A stretch of 20,000 bases of DNA from Malacoraja senta (GCA_038087875.1 JAXLNO010000245.1:51230-71229), one strand, 5' to 3'; shown: positions 1-9,343, counted from the stretch's first letter. The notes: generated by a model from the sequence alone, not told the origin. Numbers and translations are program-made.

Positions 1-660
1 TGTTTTTTGTATAAAAGTTCAAAAAATTTGGAATTACATTTTTGATATTTTCACTAAATTATTTAAAATAAAACTGAAACCGAATGCAGAACTGATTATT
101 TTTGGAACAACAGAAGCAAGTTTGGAGCTGACTGCGTTTCAAAGGAGTTTTCTTAGTTACGGCTTAATAACGGCAAAAAAAATGATATTGAAATTTTGGA
201 AAAATGCCCCTACGCCAACAATAAAAATGTGGACTTCTAATATGTCGGAATTGTTACATTTAGAAGATATGAGATTCCTCCTAGCAGGTAAACAAGACCA
301 ATTCCAAAAGATGTGATCAATATATATTGACTTATTACAAACATAGGGTGCAACAAAATGATGATAATAAATGGTTTTAAGACCTGGCGAGGGGTGAGTA
401 AAGATAAGAAGTAGGTACATCCCTTTCATATTGTCCTATCTTATTTTCTTTTTTCTCTTTTTTTCTTTTCTTCCTTAACTACTTCTTGTGGTTTAGGTTC
501 ACAAGAGTGTTCCTGGACCACTTTCATCCACTCACTGACTATCTTTGCTAGCTCTTTCTATCCTTTTTTTCAATTAAAGTTGAAAAACAGAAGTGGTACA
601 AGAACTGTATAAATTGATGTTATTGCAGATTACTGTAATGTACAATACTTCTAATATATA
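1..660 (+). mobile_element. L1/Tx1-clade LINE, 3' end (ORF2 C-terminus plus 3' UTR), degraded
   Basis: Frame from base 2 reads VFCIKVQKIWNYIFDIFTKLFKIKLKPNAELIIFG...YGLITAKKMILKFWKNAPTPTIKMW...LHLE...FQKM*SIY. This is typical of the region after the zinc knuckle in fish L1/Tx1 ORF2. TGA at 314-316 probably replaces a Trp codon; likely native stop at 344-346, followed by a T-rich 3' UTR. Confidence 0.75.
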
Positions 661-668
661 TATTTTTT

Positions 669-1224
669 TTAATATGTATCTATAAGATCCCCTCTAATCC
701 TTCTAAATGCCAGTGGATATAAGCCCAGTCGATCAATTCTTTCATCATATGTCAGTCGCGCCATCCCGGGAACTAAGCTGGTGAATCTACGCTGCATTAA
801 CTCTATAGGTATAATGTCCTTACTCAAATTAGGGAGACCAAAACTGCACACAGTACTCCAGGTGTGGTCTCACCAGTGCCCTGTACAACTGCAGTTGGAC
901 CTCCTTGCTCCTATACTGAAATCCTCTTGTTATGAAGGCCAACATGCCATTAGCTTTCTTCACTACCTGCTGTATCTGCCTTCTTGTTCTTACCACCAAA
1001 GTGGATAACCTCACATTTATCCACATTATACTGAATCTTCCATGCATCTGCCCACTCACCCAACCTATCCGTCAACCTGCAGCCTAATAACATCCTCCTC
1101 GCAGCACACACTGCCACCCAGCTTTGTGTCATATACAAACGGAGATGTTACATTTAATTCCTTTGACTACATTGTTAATATCTATTGTCAATAACTGGGG
1201 TCCCAGCACTGAGCCTTGCGGCAC
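669..1224 (-). mobile_element. CR1-type LINE RT fragment (chimeric, internally deleted)
   Basis: Translations include [57 protein letters not shown] and RLGLYPLAFRRIRGDLI. About 90 bp is missing at ~974 relative to the copy at 13550-13630. Confidence 0.9.
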
Positions 1225-1851
1225 AAATGAAATTGTATGTGTCCGAAAAGGAGCAGGAAGAAGCCAAAGCTTATTAATTCCCACCCCTTATTCAACTGTT
1301 TATAATGATCTTATACAGATTTAGCAGCTATATGTACACCATATGTACACCAGCAGCTATATGTACACCATATGTACACCGCAGCTATATGTACACCATA
1401 TGTACACCAGCAGCTATATGTACACCATATGTACACCACAGCTATCTGTACACCATACGTACCCCAGCCGCTATATGTACACCATATGTACGCCAGCAGC
1501 TGTATGTACACCATATGTACACCAGCAGCTATATGTACACCATATGTACACCAGCAGCTATATGTACACCATATGTACACCAGCAGCTGTATGTACACCA
1601 TATGTACACCAGCAGCTATATGTACACCATACGTACACCAGCAGCTATATGTACACCATATGTACGCCAGCAGCTGTATGTACACCATATGTACACCAGC
1701 AGCTATATGTACACCAAATTATTTACATTTATACACTAATCAAATATTTACAAAGCCATACAAAAAAAGAGAGGAAAAAGAAAAAAGAAAAGAAAACCCC
1801 CTGATATACGATACAGTATCTCTTAGTCATATATACAACCCATCACCCTAT
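1225..1851 (-). mobile_element. 3' UTR of Crack/L2-group LINE (distal part, separated from its ORF by the DIRS insertion)
   Basis: Minus strand ends in GGGGTGGGAATTAATAAGCTTTGGCTTCTTCCTGCTCCTTTTCGGAC, resembling the 3' terminal motif of fish Crack/L2-like LINEs. It has the same orientation as the ORF at 6780-7667 and joins it when 1852-6805 is collapsed to one AAT. Confidence 0.65.
1323..1715. repeat. 29-bp minisatellite (CAGCAGCTATATGTACACCATATGTACAC)n, about 13.5 copies
   Basis: Directly visible. The 29-aa periodicity of the overlapping spurious ORFs equals 3 x 29 bp. Each unit contains an internal ATATGTACAC dimer. Confidence 0.95.
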
Positions 1852-1937
1852 AATAATAAGATTAAACGAGAACTTACCTAAGTTTGAAGTTTGATCTTTA
1901 TTTTATGAGGAATTACGTGAAGAACCCCGCCAGTGCG
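1852..1937 (-). repeat. DIRS right terminus: 3' extension plus right ITR
   Basis: 1852-1918 is an inverted copy of 2085-2151 (65/67). 1912-1937 (ATTACGTGAAGAACCCCGCCAGTGCG) is an inverted copy of 6755-6780 (26/26). Confidence 0.92.
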
Positions 1938-2084
1938 CCTGCGTGTCAATCTTCAAAGCAGCGGTGTGAAATCACAAAAAACAACAACCGAAGTAATATA
2001 GTCTCATAATAAAATGAGTAATACAAGAACTTCCATCTGACCTTTATGATAGAGGGTAGGGTCGTGGTGGGCACGTAATCACCT

Positions 2085-2185
2085 ACGTAACTCCTCATAA
2101 AATAAAGATCAAACTTCAAACTTAGGTAAGTTCTCGTTTAATCTTACTATTTTACTTCGGAGTCACGTGAGTGACTACGTGAAGA
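2085..2185 (-). repeat. DIRS internal complementary region (ICR)
   Basis: 2085-2151 pairs with the 3' terminus (1852-1918). 2149-2185 pairs with the 5' terminus (6769-6805, 35/37). The two halves overlap in a single ATT at 2149-2151. Confidence 0.93.
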
Positions 2186-2353
2186 TTTTAAAGCTTTGTG
2201 ATTTCATGCCATAGATCAATCCCGGCTTCTCACTGCATTGATTGACTCGGAACGAGAATAATCAATCATGCATTCATAATAACATTTGTACCACAAATGC
2301 AGTAATTCATTTCAATAATGAAATTAATCAGATCCCCTTTAAACCAGAGGGAT

Positions 2354-3593
2354 TTACACAGAACTTAAAATAGTTTCTGCAAACAATCCCGCATTAACAA
2401 TAGGCAGATGGTAAAAATGTTGAAACATCAACTCATTGGACCACCCGGCGACTGCGAGGGTATGGTCGACGGGGATGTATTTTGCCCTGGCCGCCGACGT
2501 TTCTGCTGCCCTAGACGAGTGAGACGTAAAAACCAGCAGCTGTTAAGACTTCTTTTATCCATCTGGAAATAGTCTGTATTGAAACTCTCTTGTGTGGTTT
2601 CTTGTGTGTGATCAACAACCCAGTTTCCGTATTTCTCAAATTCTTTGTGAACTCAATGTATTGTAACAAATATGTCTTAACACAGAGACAAGGATCATTT
2701 GGATATGCTGCTAGCATAATTTTAAATCCTGTCACACCTGGCCTAATTTGCTTTAATAGGTCATAGATATAGAATGTAACCTTGTCTTCAGTTACTTTCA
2801 TACTGTCTATTTGTAATTTTCCAAGTGTTTGCACTCGTTGTGCCGTCACTCATGCCAGAATACTTTCATACTGAGCTTGGCCAAAGGTAAAGACACACTT
2901 GGTGACCATTCACGAAGTAGTTTCAGTACCATACTTACATATCAGATTGTCATCTACCTAGGTTTCGGTGGTTTGGAATTAAAGATTCCTTACATTAGTC
3001 TGGAAACAATTGTTTCTTTCTGAATCCAGAACCAAATATGAGGACAATGCACTTCTGGCTGAATTAATTGCACTACAACTCAGACCTACATCATAATAAA
3101 GTTTTGACAGAAATTCTAAACATTTGAAATATCTGCAGTACTATATTGTGGGGGGATGATTTTTGTATGTAATTGTCTATGTTAGTCTGTGTTCAAGATG
3201 GCGGCCGGAGGGGAGAGTGGACGCTGGCGCGGTTTAGCTGCCGCTGCTCTCTCCTCAAATTGTGTTTCTGATTTTCTTTTTTTGTGTCTTTGGAATGAAT
3301 TCTGTCCTTAATTTGTATAATGATGATGTCTTTATAATTTATTTTATTCTGATTATATGTTTCTTATTTGTCAATTCTCTGTAAGGTGTCCTTGAGACCT
3401 CGGTATAAGGCGCCCGTAAATAAAAATTATTATTATTATTATATTCTACATTCTTTTGTACACAGAACTCTTCCCATTTCTTAATATAAGAAAGGTACTG
3501 TTTTTGAGTGCTCTTCCTCCAGGCTGCCGTAAGCATGTCCACAGTACGCTCAGACAGTCCTCGCCCCAAAAAAGGCCTTCTTAAAACCTGCAA
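2354..3593 (-). pseudogene. DIRS tyrosine recombinase (stops, frameshifts, interrupted at 3148-3439)
   Basis: Reconstructed peptide: AAWRKSTQKQYLSYIKKWEEFC...VEY|STADISNVLEFL...SAINSARSALSS...GIFNSKPPKPR...TAQRVQTL...TISRWIKEVLTAAG / FTSHSSRAAETSAA...AGWSNELMFQHFYHLP. The catalytic R, HxxR, W and Y positions are recognisable. Stop at 2354-2356. Confidence 0.92.
3148..3439 (+). mobile_element. Short non-LTR insertion (L2/Rex-type 3' end or SINE) with (ATT)n tail and TSD
   Basis: Ends TGTAAGGTGTCCTTGAG...AAGGCGCCCGTAAATAAAAATTATTATTATT. TATATT is duplicated at 3142-3147 and 3440-3445. Removing the insert restores the YR frame VEYSTA. Confidence 0.85.
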
Positions 3594-3964
3594 ATCAACA
3601 AATCCAAATGATAATATAATGGATGTTCTTCCCCTGTTACAGGGTGCAGCAATAAATTACTCCTTTTTGGGACTTTCATCAACATTTGTGTTGTTAATTC
3701 TGATATCAACGGATACCATGGCTGTGTAGGCCAATCTGGTACTACCAATACCCCTGAAACAGCATCTTGCCTGATTTTAAGCAAACACTGGCTTATGAGG
3801 CACAAAAATGGAAATATATATGAAAACATACCACCCCAATGTAGCGAGAAAGAATCAATCGCCACTGCTCCTGGATCTGATTCCCATGAGACATATCTCG
3901 ATAGCTGATGATTCAGTCTAGATGCAAACAAGTCAATATCATTGAAAACCTCTCGATTCAACAT
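3581..3964 (-). pseudogene. DIRS DNA N6-adenine methyltransferase-like (MT) domain
   Basis: DIDLFASRLNHQLSRYVSW...DSFSLHW...YIFPFLCLISQCLLKI...VLVVPDWPTQPWYP matches the DIRS MT domain (DLFA, Y-x-FPPF, P-x-W-x-x-x-x-W). The FPPF motif is altered to FPFL. Confidence 0.88.
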
Positions 3965-5470
3965 CCATTCTTATTATCATGGAACTTTCGTGACCTGGTG
4001 TCTGCTATCGTGTTCATTCTACCTGGTAGATAGATAGCTGAAATCCAAATGTTCTTTTCAATACACCCAGACCAAAGTTGATCAGCCATTTTGTCACATG
4101 ACCCCGACTTGATTCCATCCATATCATTAATATAGGCAACTGCTGTTGTGTTTATCAATTTGAACTTGAACATGCCTTTTAGTTGTGTTAGAACAATAAC
4201 CTTGGAGTCCATTAAACATCCTAAAACTCCAAATAGTTAACTCCCCATGTCTGCAGTAACAATGACTCTTCCTGATTCCATCTGCCTCTGCAGCTAGATG
4301 CTAAGTCAGTTGCACCCCATCCTAGTGCACTGGCATCAGTTTGTAATATCATGGAAGGTTCTTCAATCAGCACTTTGCTGGAACTGCTTGAGACATGTAG
4401 AATCCACCACTGCAGATCAGAAACAGCATTTGTTGTTAGTTGCATGGTTCTATCAAAATGACCAACATGCATTCTCAGTGCCTGTTCTTTAACTCTCTGC
4501 AGCTCTTGATAATGTAATGGTCCGTATTGGACAGCTGGGAATGCTGCTACTAATTTTCCCAGTACTCGAGCCACCTGTCTGATTGAGGGTTTTTGCTCGT
4601 TTAACAGATTACCGCAATCTTTAATCAACTCCACCCTTTTTTCACTGGGCAAAGTAATTTTCATTTGGACTGAATCAATTGTGAACCCCAAATAATTAAT
4701 CGAGGTACATGGTGTTAGCCTTGATTTCTTTGGATGAATTAGAAACCCCAAACTTTCAAAAGTTGATTTCATAATTGCAACAGATGCTTCTGTTGACTGT
4801 TTTGTCCTCCCTATAATCAGGACATCATCCAAAATATGCCATTAGTACATGCCCCTGGCTTCTCAGCAACCCCAGAATTGGTTTTAATAATTTTGTGAAT
4901 ATTCTGGGAGCGGACGTTAACCCATTAGGCAAAGCTTTGAACTGCCATAACTGGTTCATCCATGTAAATTTAAGATACTGAATAATATGTATCTTTTAAA
5001 TCTATAGTTGCCATATGACATGCTTCTGAAATAAGTTGTTTGGCAGTCACAAATGTCTCCCTTTTAAAATGTTTAAATTAAACAAAAGGATTCAGACTTG
5101 TCAAGTCTAGAATAATCCTACATCCTCCATCCTTTTTTGATTGAGGGAATATATTTGACACAAATTGGTGAATTTGGGAGTGATTCTTCAATAACACCTT
5201 TTATATATAGGGTTTGAAAAGCAGCTTGAACCTCCATCACTTCTTTTTGTGCAAACCATATGACAATTACAGCAGGGAAACAGTCCATCTCGGCCCTTCA
5301 AGTCCATGCCGAAGAAGTGGAGAGTTCTGCTAGGAACATGCTGGACAGGCAAATCATAATTTGGATTGAATTCAATTCAAAATCCTTGTATACTATTCAG
5401 AATTACCACATCTGAAGTAATCTTCTTCCAATTGTTATAGAAGAGACATAATCTGCCTCCAACGTTTGGA
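3958..5470 (-). pseudogene. DIRS reverse transcriptase / RNase H (frameshifted)
   Basis: RT motifs: SNIF..KKDGGCRIILDLTSLN, MATIDLKDTYYS, QFKALPNGLTSAPRIFTKLLKP, AY(+1 T)LDDVLIIG, GFLIHPKKS, YLGFTIDS. RNase H motifs: TDASALGWGA, VNYLE, NTTAVAYIN, YLPGRMNTIADTRSR. Confidence 0.93.
5254..5313 (-). mobile_element. ~60-bp CR1-type 3'-terminal fragment inserted in the DIRS RT N-terminus
   Basis: + strand AACCATATGACAATTACAGCAGGGAAACAGTCCATCTCGGCCCTTCAAGTCCATGCCGAA is the reverse complement of the CR1 3' end type seen at 16385-16440 (GGCATGGAC...GGGCC...CCTGTTTCCATGCTGTA). Confidence 0.65.
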
Positions 5471-5499
5471 CTTAATCCGGTTTAGTATGTTCCCATGAG

Positions 5500-6674
5500 A
5501 ACCAGGTTCACCTACCTCTTGAGTCATTTGAGTACTCTGAGATCCCTGGATTCTCCCGGAAGCACCCCCACTGGTTCTTGCTCTCGCTGCAGGCCGCCAG
5601 CTACGTCCCTGCGTTAATGAGCGACTTGGTCCTGGTCCAGGATCCGTATGACGTCTGAAAGGATACCTCCTCTTTACAGACTTTACAACCATTGATGTTT
5701 TCATCAATCCTGTTTTCGCTTCATCTTCCAACTCTTTAACACGTCTCCCGAGATCTCTCCAAAGAGTAAGTTGGGTAATTGTACATTACTTGGTTTGCAG
5801 AGTGCTGCAAATTTCGGATTCATAGTAGACAATTGATCTCGAAGTGGGTGCTGCATAGCAACCCCAGTGCTTCCTGATGCAACTCCGTCATCTCTTGGCT
5901 TTTATTCGCTACTCTGGCAAAAGCAGTTATTCCAGAACCCAGCAGCTTTAATATTCTCTGCAATTTCAATTCTTGAGTTCTCATAGTCATACTCAACTCA
6001 TATTTTCTTGCATTCTCATCCATTTCCTACTGTTCCAGCTGATGGGAAACCAAGTAATTTATTATGGAGGCCAATTCTCTTCTAATGGCTCTCCTGACCC
6101 TGACGGGGCAGAGAATCGTACTGCCAGGGGTGGAACATCTGTACATCACGTACATCACGGCTACTGTGACAAATCACGTACAGTATCAGCTTGTACAGCC
6201 TCACCGTCAGAATCGGGGTCTGAAATCTCATGACCTATGGCACGCCCCTCATCCCTGAGGGTGCATTCTATCAGCCCTGTACCAGGAGCTGTTTAAGCTG
6301 CATCCAGCAGCTTGGATTTCAGTACACTCTTACCTGAGTGTGCTTTGCTCCAACAGCCTATGTAGCAGGCTTTCCATTTGGGCAATACGCTTAAAAGCAG
6401 TATCTAGCCCTGGAGCTTCTACCATTTCCATTTCCTGGGACTCCTCCTCCGTGGCCTGTTTCGATTCGAACTTGGCCTTGAGCCCGACACGCGCTGACTG
6501 CCCCAGGTCCACAGTCGCTACGCTCACCGCTGGCGACTGTACCAGGGTTAGAGGCGGTTGGTCGCTAACCGCAGACTCCCGACTCTCCCGACTTTCCCGA
6601 CTTTCTGTCGGCTGAGTTGCTCGCCTCTTCCCCCTGCCCATTTTTTCCATGGCGTCTGTGGAAAAAATCCCCAC
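5500..6674 (-). pseudogene. DIRS gag-like ORF1 (broken)
   Basis: ORF pieces 6330-6674, 5820-6023 and 5435-5731 lie between the 5' terminus and RT. They include MRTQELKLQRI..., and ...LLFGE...KELEDEAK resembling the DIRS gag C-terminus. Assigned largely by position. Confidence 0.7.
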
Positions 6675-6754
6675 AGACCCACAGTAAACGGACCTGAAAA
6701 TACTGACAATTTTTTTTACTTACCTTGTAGTTAAAAAACTACAAATCCATTAGA

Positions 6755-6805
6755 CGCACTGGCGGGGTTCTTCACGTAATCACTCACGTGACTCCGAACT
6801 AAAAT
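6755..6805 (-). repeat. DIRS left terminus / left ITR
   Basis: Element-sense sequence ATTTTAGTTCGGAGTCACGTGAGTGATTACGTGAAGAACCCCGCCAGTGCG matches the ICR and the right ITR. Confidence 0.92.
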
Positions 6806-7675
6806 TACCCTTCCCAATACAATCAGTATAACAAATATCCCACACACAATCACCTATCCTCATCCCAATATCCTTTAACAAAGTGTTTTTGTACATCTGT
6901 TTAAAGTGAATCATGTTTGTGCTAAGTTTTATCTCCTGTTCCAAACCATTCCACAAATTCACCCAACAGATTGCTATGTACATACTTTTAAGAGTTGTTC
7001 TGACATTGAGTTTTTTTAAATTAAGTTCCCCTCTCAAATTATACCCACCCTGTCTTTCCATAAACAGTTTTTGTATATTTCCTGCAAGTAAATTATTTCT
7101 TGCTTTGTACATGATTTGTGCAGTTTTAAATTTAACCAGGTCGGTGAACTTCAGTGTGTGTGACTTTAAGAATAATAAATTGGTATGTTCAAGATATCCA
7201 ACGTTATTGATAATTCTTATTGCTCTTTTTTGTAATGTACATAACGGCTGTAGGTTGGTTTTGTAGGTGTTACCCCATATCTCCACACAGTAACACATAT
7301 ATGGCAATATGAGTGTATTATACAGAGTATGTAATGATTTATGGTCCAGAATGTGTCTTGATTTTCCCAATATTGCTATAGACTTTGCCAGTTTTGCTTT
7401 GACGTGGTTAAAATGTGGTTTCCAGCAGAGTTTGTGGTCTAAGATCACACCAAGAAATCTATTTTCATATACTCTTTCTATACTTATGTTATCTATTTTC
7501 AATTGTACTTGAGGGGTTGTTTTATGTTTTCCAAATAGCATCATCTTTGTTTTGCTTAAAGTTAAAGACAATTGGTTGACATCAAACCACTGTTTTAATT
7601 TATTCATTTCTGATGTGATGACCTCCAAATGCTGCTTCACATTGTCACCGGAACAAAAAATATTCATATCATCGT
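6806..7675 (-). mobile_element. 5'-truncated Crack/L2-group LINE, RT C-terminal ORF
   Basis: Uninterrupted ORF: DDMNIFCSG...LKQWFDVNQLSLTLSKTKMMLF...FLGVILDHKLCWKPH...LYNTLILPYMCYCVEIWGNTY...LQKRAIRII...NLWN. Truncated at the catalytic (FA)DD motif. Clade assignment is approximate. Confidence 0.85.
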
Positions 7676-7846
7676 ATTTTGGACACCATATCTGAGGAAG
7701 GATAGGCTGGCTCTGGAGTGGGTCCAGAGGAGGTTTACAAGAATGATCCCAGGAATGAGTAGGTTAACCTATGATGAGCGTTTGTCGGCACTGGGCCTGT
7801 ACTCGCTGGAGTTTAGAAGAATGAGGCGGGACCTCATTGAAACGTA
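7676..7846 (+). mobile_element. CR1-type LINE fragment
   Basis: FWTPYLRKDRLALEWVQRRFTRMIPGM...LGLYSLEFRRMRRDLIET. Matches 17951-18121 at 168/171. Confidence 0.9.
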
Positions 7847-7957
7847 TGTGTGTGTGAATGTGTGTGTGTGTGTGTGTGTGTGTGAATGTGAGTGTGTGTG
7901 TGTGTGTGTGTGAATGTGTGTGTGTGTGTGTGTCTGTGTGTGTGTGTCTGTGTGTGT

Positions 7958-7989
<32 letters not shown>

Positions 7990-8017
7990 CAATGTGTGTG
8001 TCTGTGTGTGTGTGTGT

Positions 8018-8054
<37 letters not shown>

Positions 8055-8620
8055 TGTGTGTGTGTCTGTGTGTGTGTGAATGTGTGTGTGTGTGTGTGAG
8101 TGTGTGTGTGAATGTGTGTGTGTGTGTGTGTGTGTGTGAATGTGTGTATGTGTGTGCGTGTGTATGTGTGTGTGTGTGTGAATGTGTGTGTGTGAATGCG
8201 TGTGTGTGAATGTGTGTGTGTGTGTGTATGTGTGTGTGTATGTGTGTGTGTATGTGTGTGTGTGTATGTGTGTGTGAATGTGTGTGTGTGTGTGTGTGTG
8301 TATGTGTGTGTGTGTGAATGTGTGTGTGAATGTGTGTGTGAATGTGTGTGTGAATGTGTGTGTGTGTGTGTGAATGTGTGTGTATGTGCGTGTGTGTGTT
8401 TGTGAATGTGTGTGTGTGTGCGAATGTGTGTGTGTGTGTATGTGTGTGTGTGTGTGAATGTGCGTGTGTGTGTGAATATGTGTGTGTGTGTGTGTTATGT
8501 GTGTGTGTGAATGTGTATGTGTGTTATATGTGTGTGTGTGTTTGTGTGAATGTGTGTGTGTGTGAGTGTGTGTTTGTGTGTGAGTGGGTGTGTGTGTGTG
8601 TGTGTTTGTGTGTGCGTGAA

Positions 8621-8652
<32 letters not shown>

Positions 8653-8921
8653 TGTGTGTGTGTGTGTGTGTGTGTGAATGTGTGAATGTGTGTGTGTGTG
8701 TGTGTGAATGTGTGTGTGTGTGTGTGAGTGTTTGTGTGTGTGTTTGTGTGTGAGTGAGTGTGTGTGTGTGTGTGTGTTTGTGTGAATGTGGGTGCGTGAA
8801 TGTGTGTGTGTGTGTGTGTGTGAATGTGTGTGTGTGAATGTGTGTGTGTGTGTGAATGTGTGTGTGTGTGTGTGTGTGGGTGTGTGTGTATGAATGCGTG
8901 TGAATGTGTGTGTGTGTGTGT
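7847..8921. repeat. Interrupted (TG)n microsatellite, about 1.08 kb
   Basis: Directly visible, with recurrent AA, TA, TC and AG interruptions. Confidence 0.99.
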
Positions 8922-9343
8922 CAGATGCTCTACATCGGTGAGACCAAGCGTAGGCTTGGCGATCGCTTCGCCCAACACCTCCGCTCAGTTCGCATTAACC
9001 AACCTGATCTCCCGGTGGCTCAGCACTTCAACTCCGCCTCCCATTCCCAATCCGACCTTTCTGTCCTGGGCATCCTCCATGGCCACAGTGAGGCCCACCG
9101 CAAATTGGAGGAGCAGCATCTCATATTTCGCTTGGCTAGTTTACACCCCAGCGGTATGAACATTGACTTCTCCAATTTCAGGTAGTCCCTGCTTTCTCCC
9201 TCCTTCCCCTCCCCTTCCCAGCTCTCCCACAGCCCACTATCTCCCCCCCCCCACACCCACATCAGTGTGAAGAAGGTCGCCTATTTCCTTCACTCCATAG
9301 ATGCTGACTCACCCGCTGAGTTCCTCCAGCACTTTTGTCTACC
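8922..9343 (+). mobile_element. Penelope-like element 3' fragment: GIY-YIG endonuclease C-terminus plus terminal region
   Basis: Open frame LYIGETKRRLGDRFAQHLRSV...LPVAQHFNS..HS...RKLEEQHLIFRLASLHPSGMNIDF, stop at 9185. Followed by a pyrimidine tract and a deleted hammerhead-region remnant (GTGAAGAAGGTCGCCTATTT...GATGCTG...CCCGCTGAGTTCCTCCAGCA). Confidence 0.9.

Larger units (their letters stand above)
1852..6805 (-). mobile_element. Full-length DIRS1-like tyrosine-recombinase retrotransposon (inactivated)
   Basis: Order is gag-RT-RNaseH-MT-YR on the minus strand. ITR 1912-1937 is the exact reverse complement of 6755-6780. ICR 2085-2185 is complementary to both termini. AAT occurs at both boundaries (1852-1854, 6803-6805). 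Confidence 0.95.

Noticed and set aside
1305..1881. Overlapping 125-169 aa ORFs and a CRISPR-like appearance of 29-bp repeats
   Set aside because: The repeats are head-to-tail with no unique spacers, there are no cas genes, and the context is eukaryotic. The ORFs result from a stop-free minisatellite.
1852..2151. Stand-alone MITE or pre-miRNA hairpin (67-bp inverted repeat)
   Set aside because: One arm continues into sequence complementary to 6769-6805, identifying it as the DIRS 3' extension/ICR pair.
2354..5470. Bacterial or phage-type system (retron/DGR RT plus Dam methylase plus integrase)
   Set aside because: The domain order, RNase H, ITR/ICR architecture and vertebrate LINE context are fully explained by a DIRS1-like retrotransposon.
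6573..6606. RESRESRES peptide repeat in gag
   Set aside because: Simple 9-bp slippage in a low-complexity N-terminus.
6780..7667. 295-aa ORF as a host or domesticated gene
   Set aside because: It starts just after a truncated RT DD motif and reads through into the DIRS terminus; it is a 5'-truncated LINE.
7858..8978. Cys-Val and His-Thr rich ORFs up to 329 aa
   Set aside because: Translations of the (TG)n/(CA)n microsatellite.
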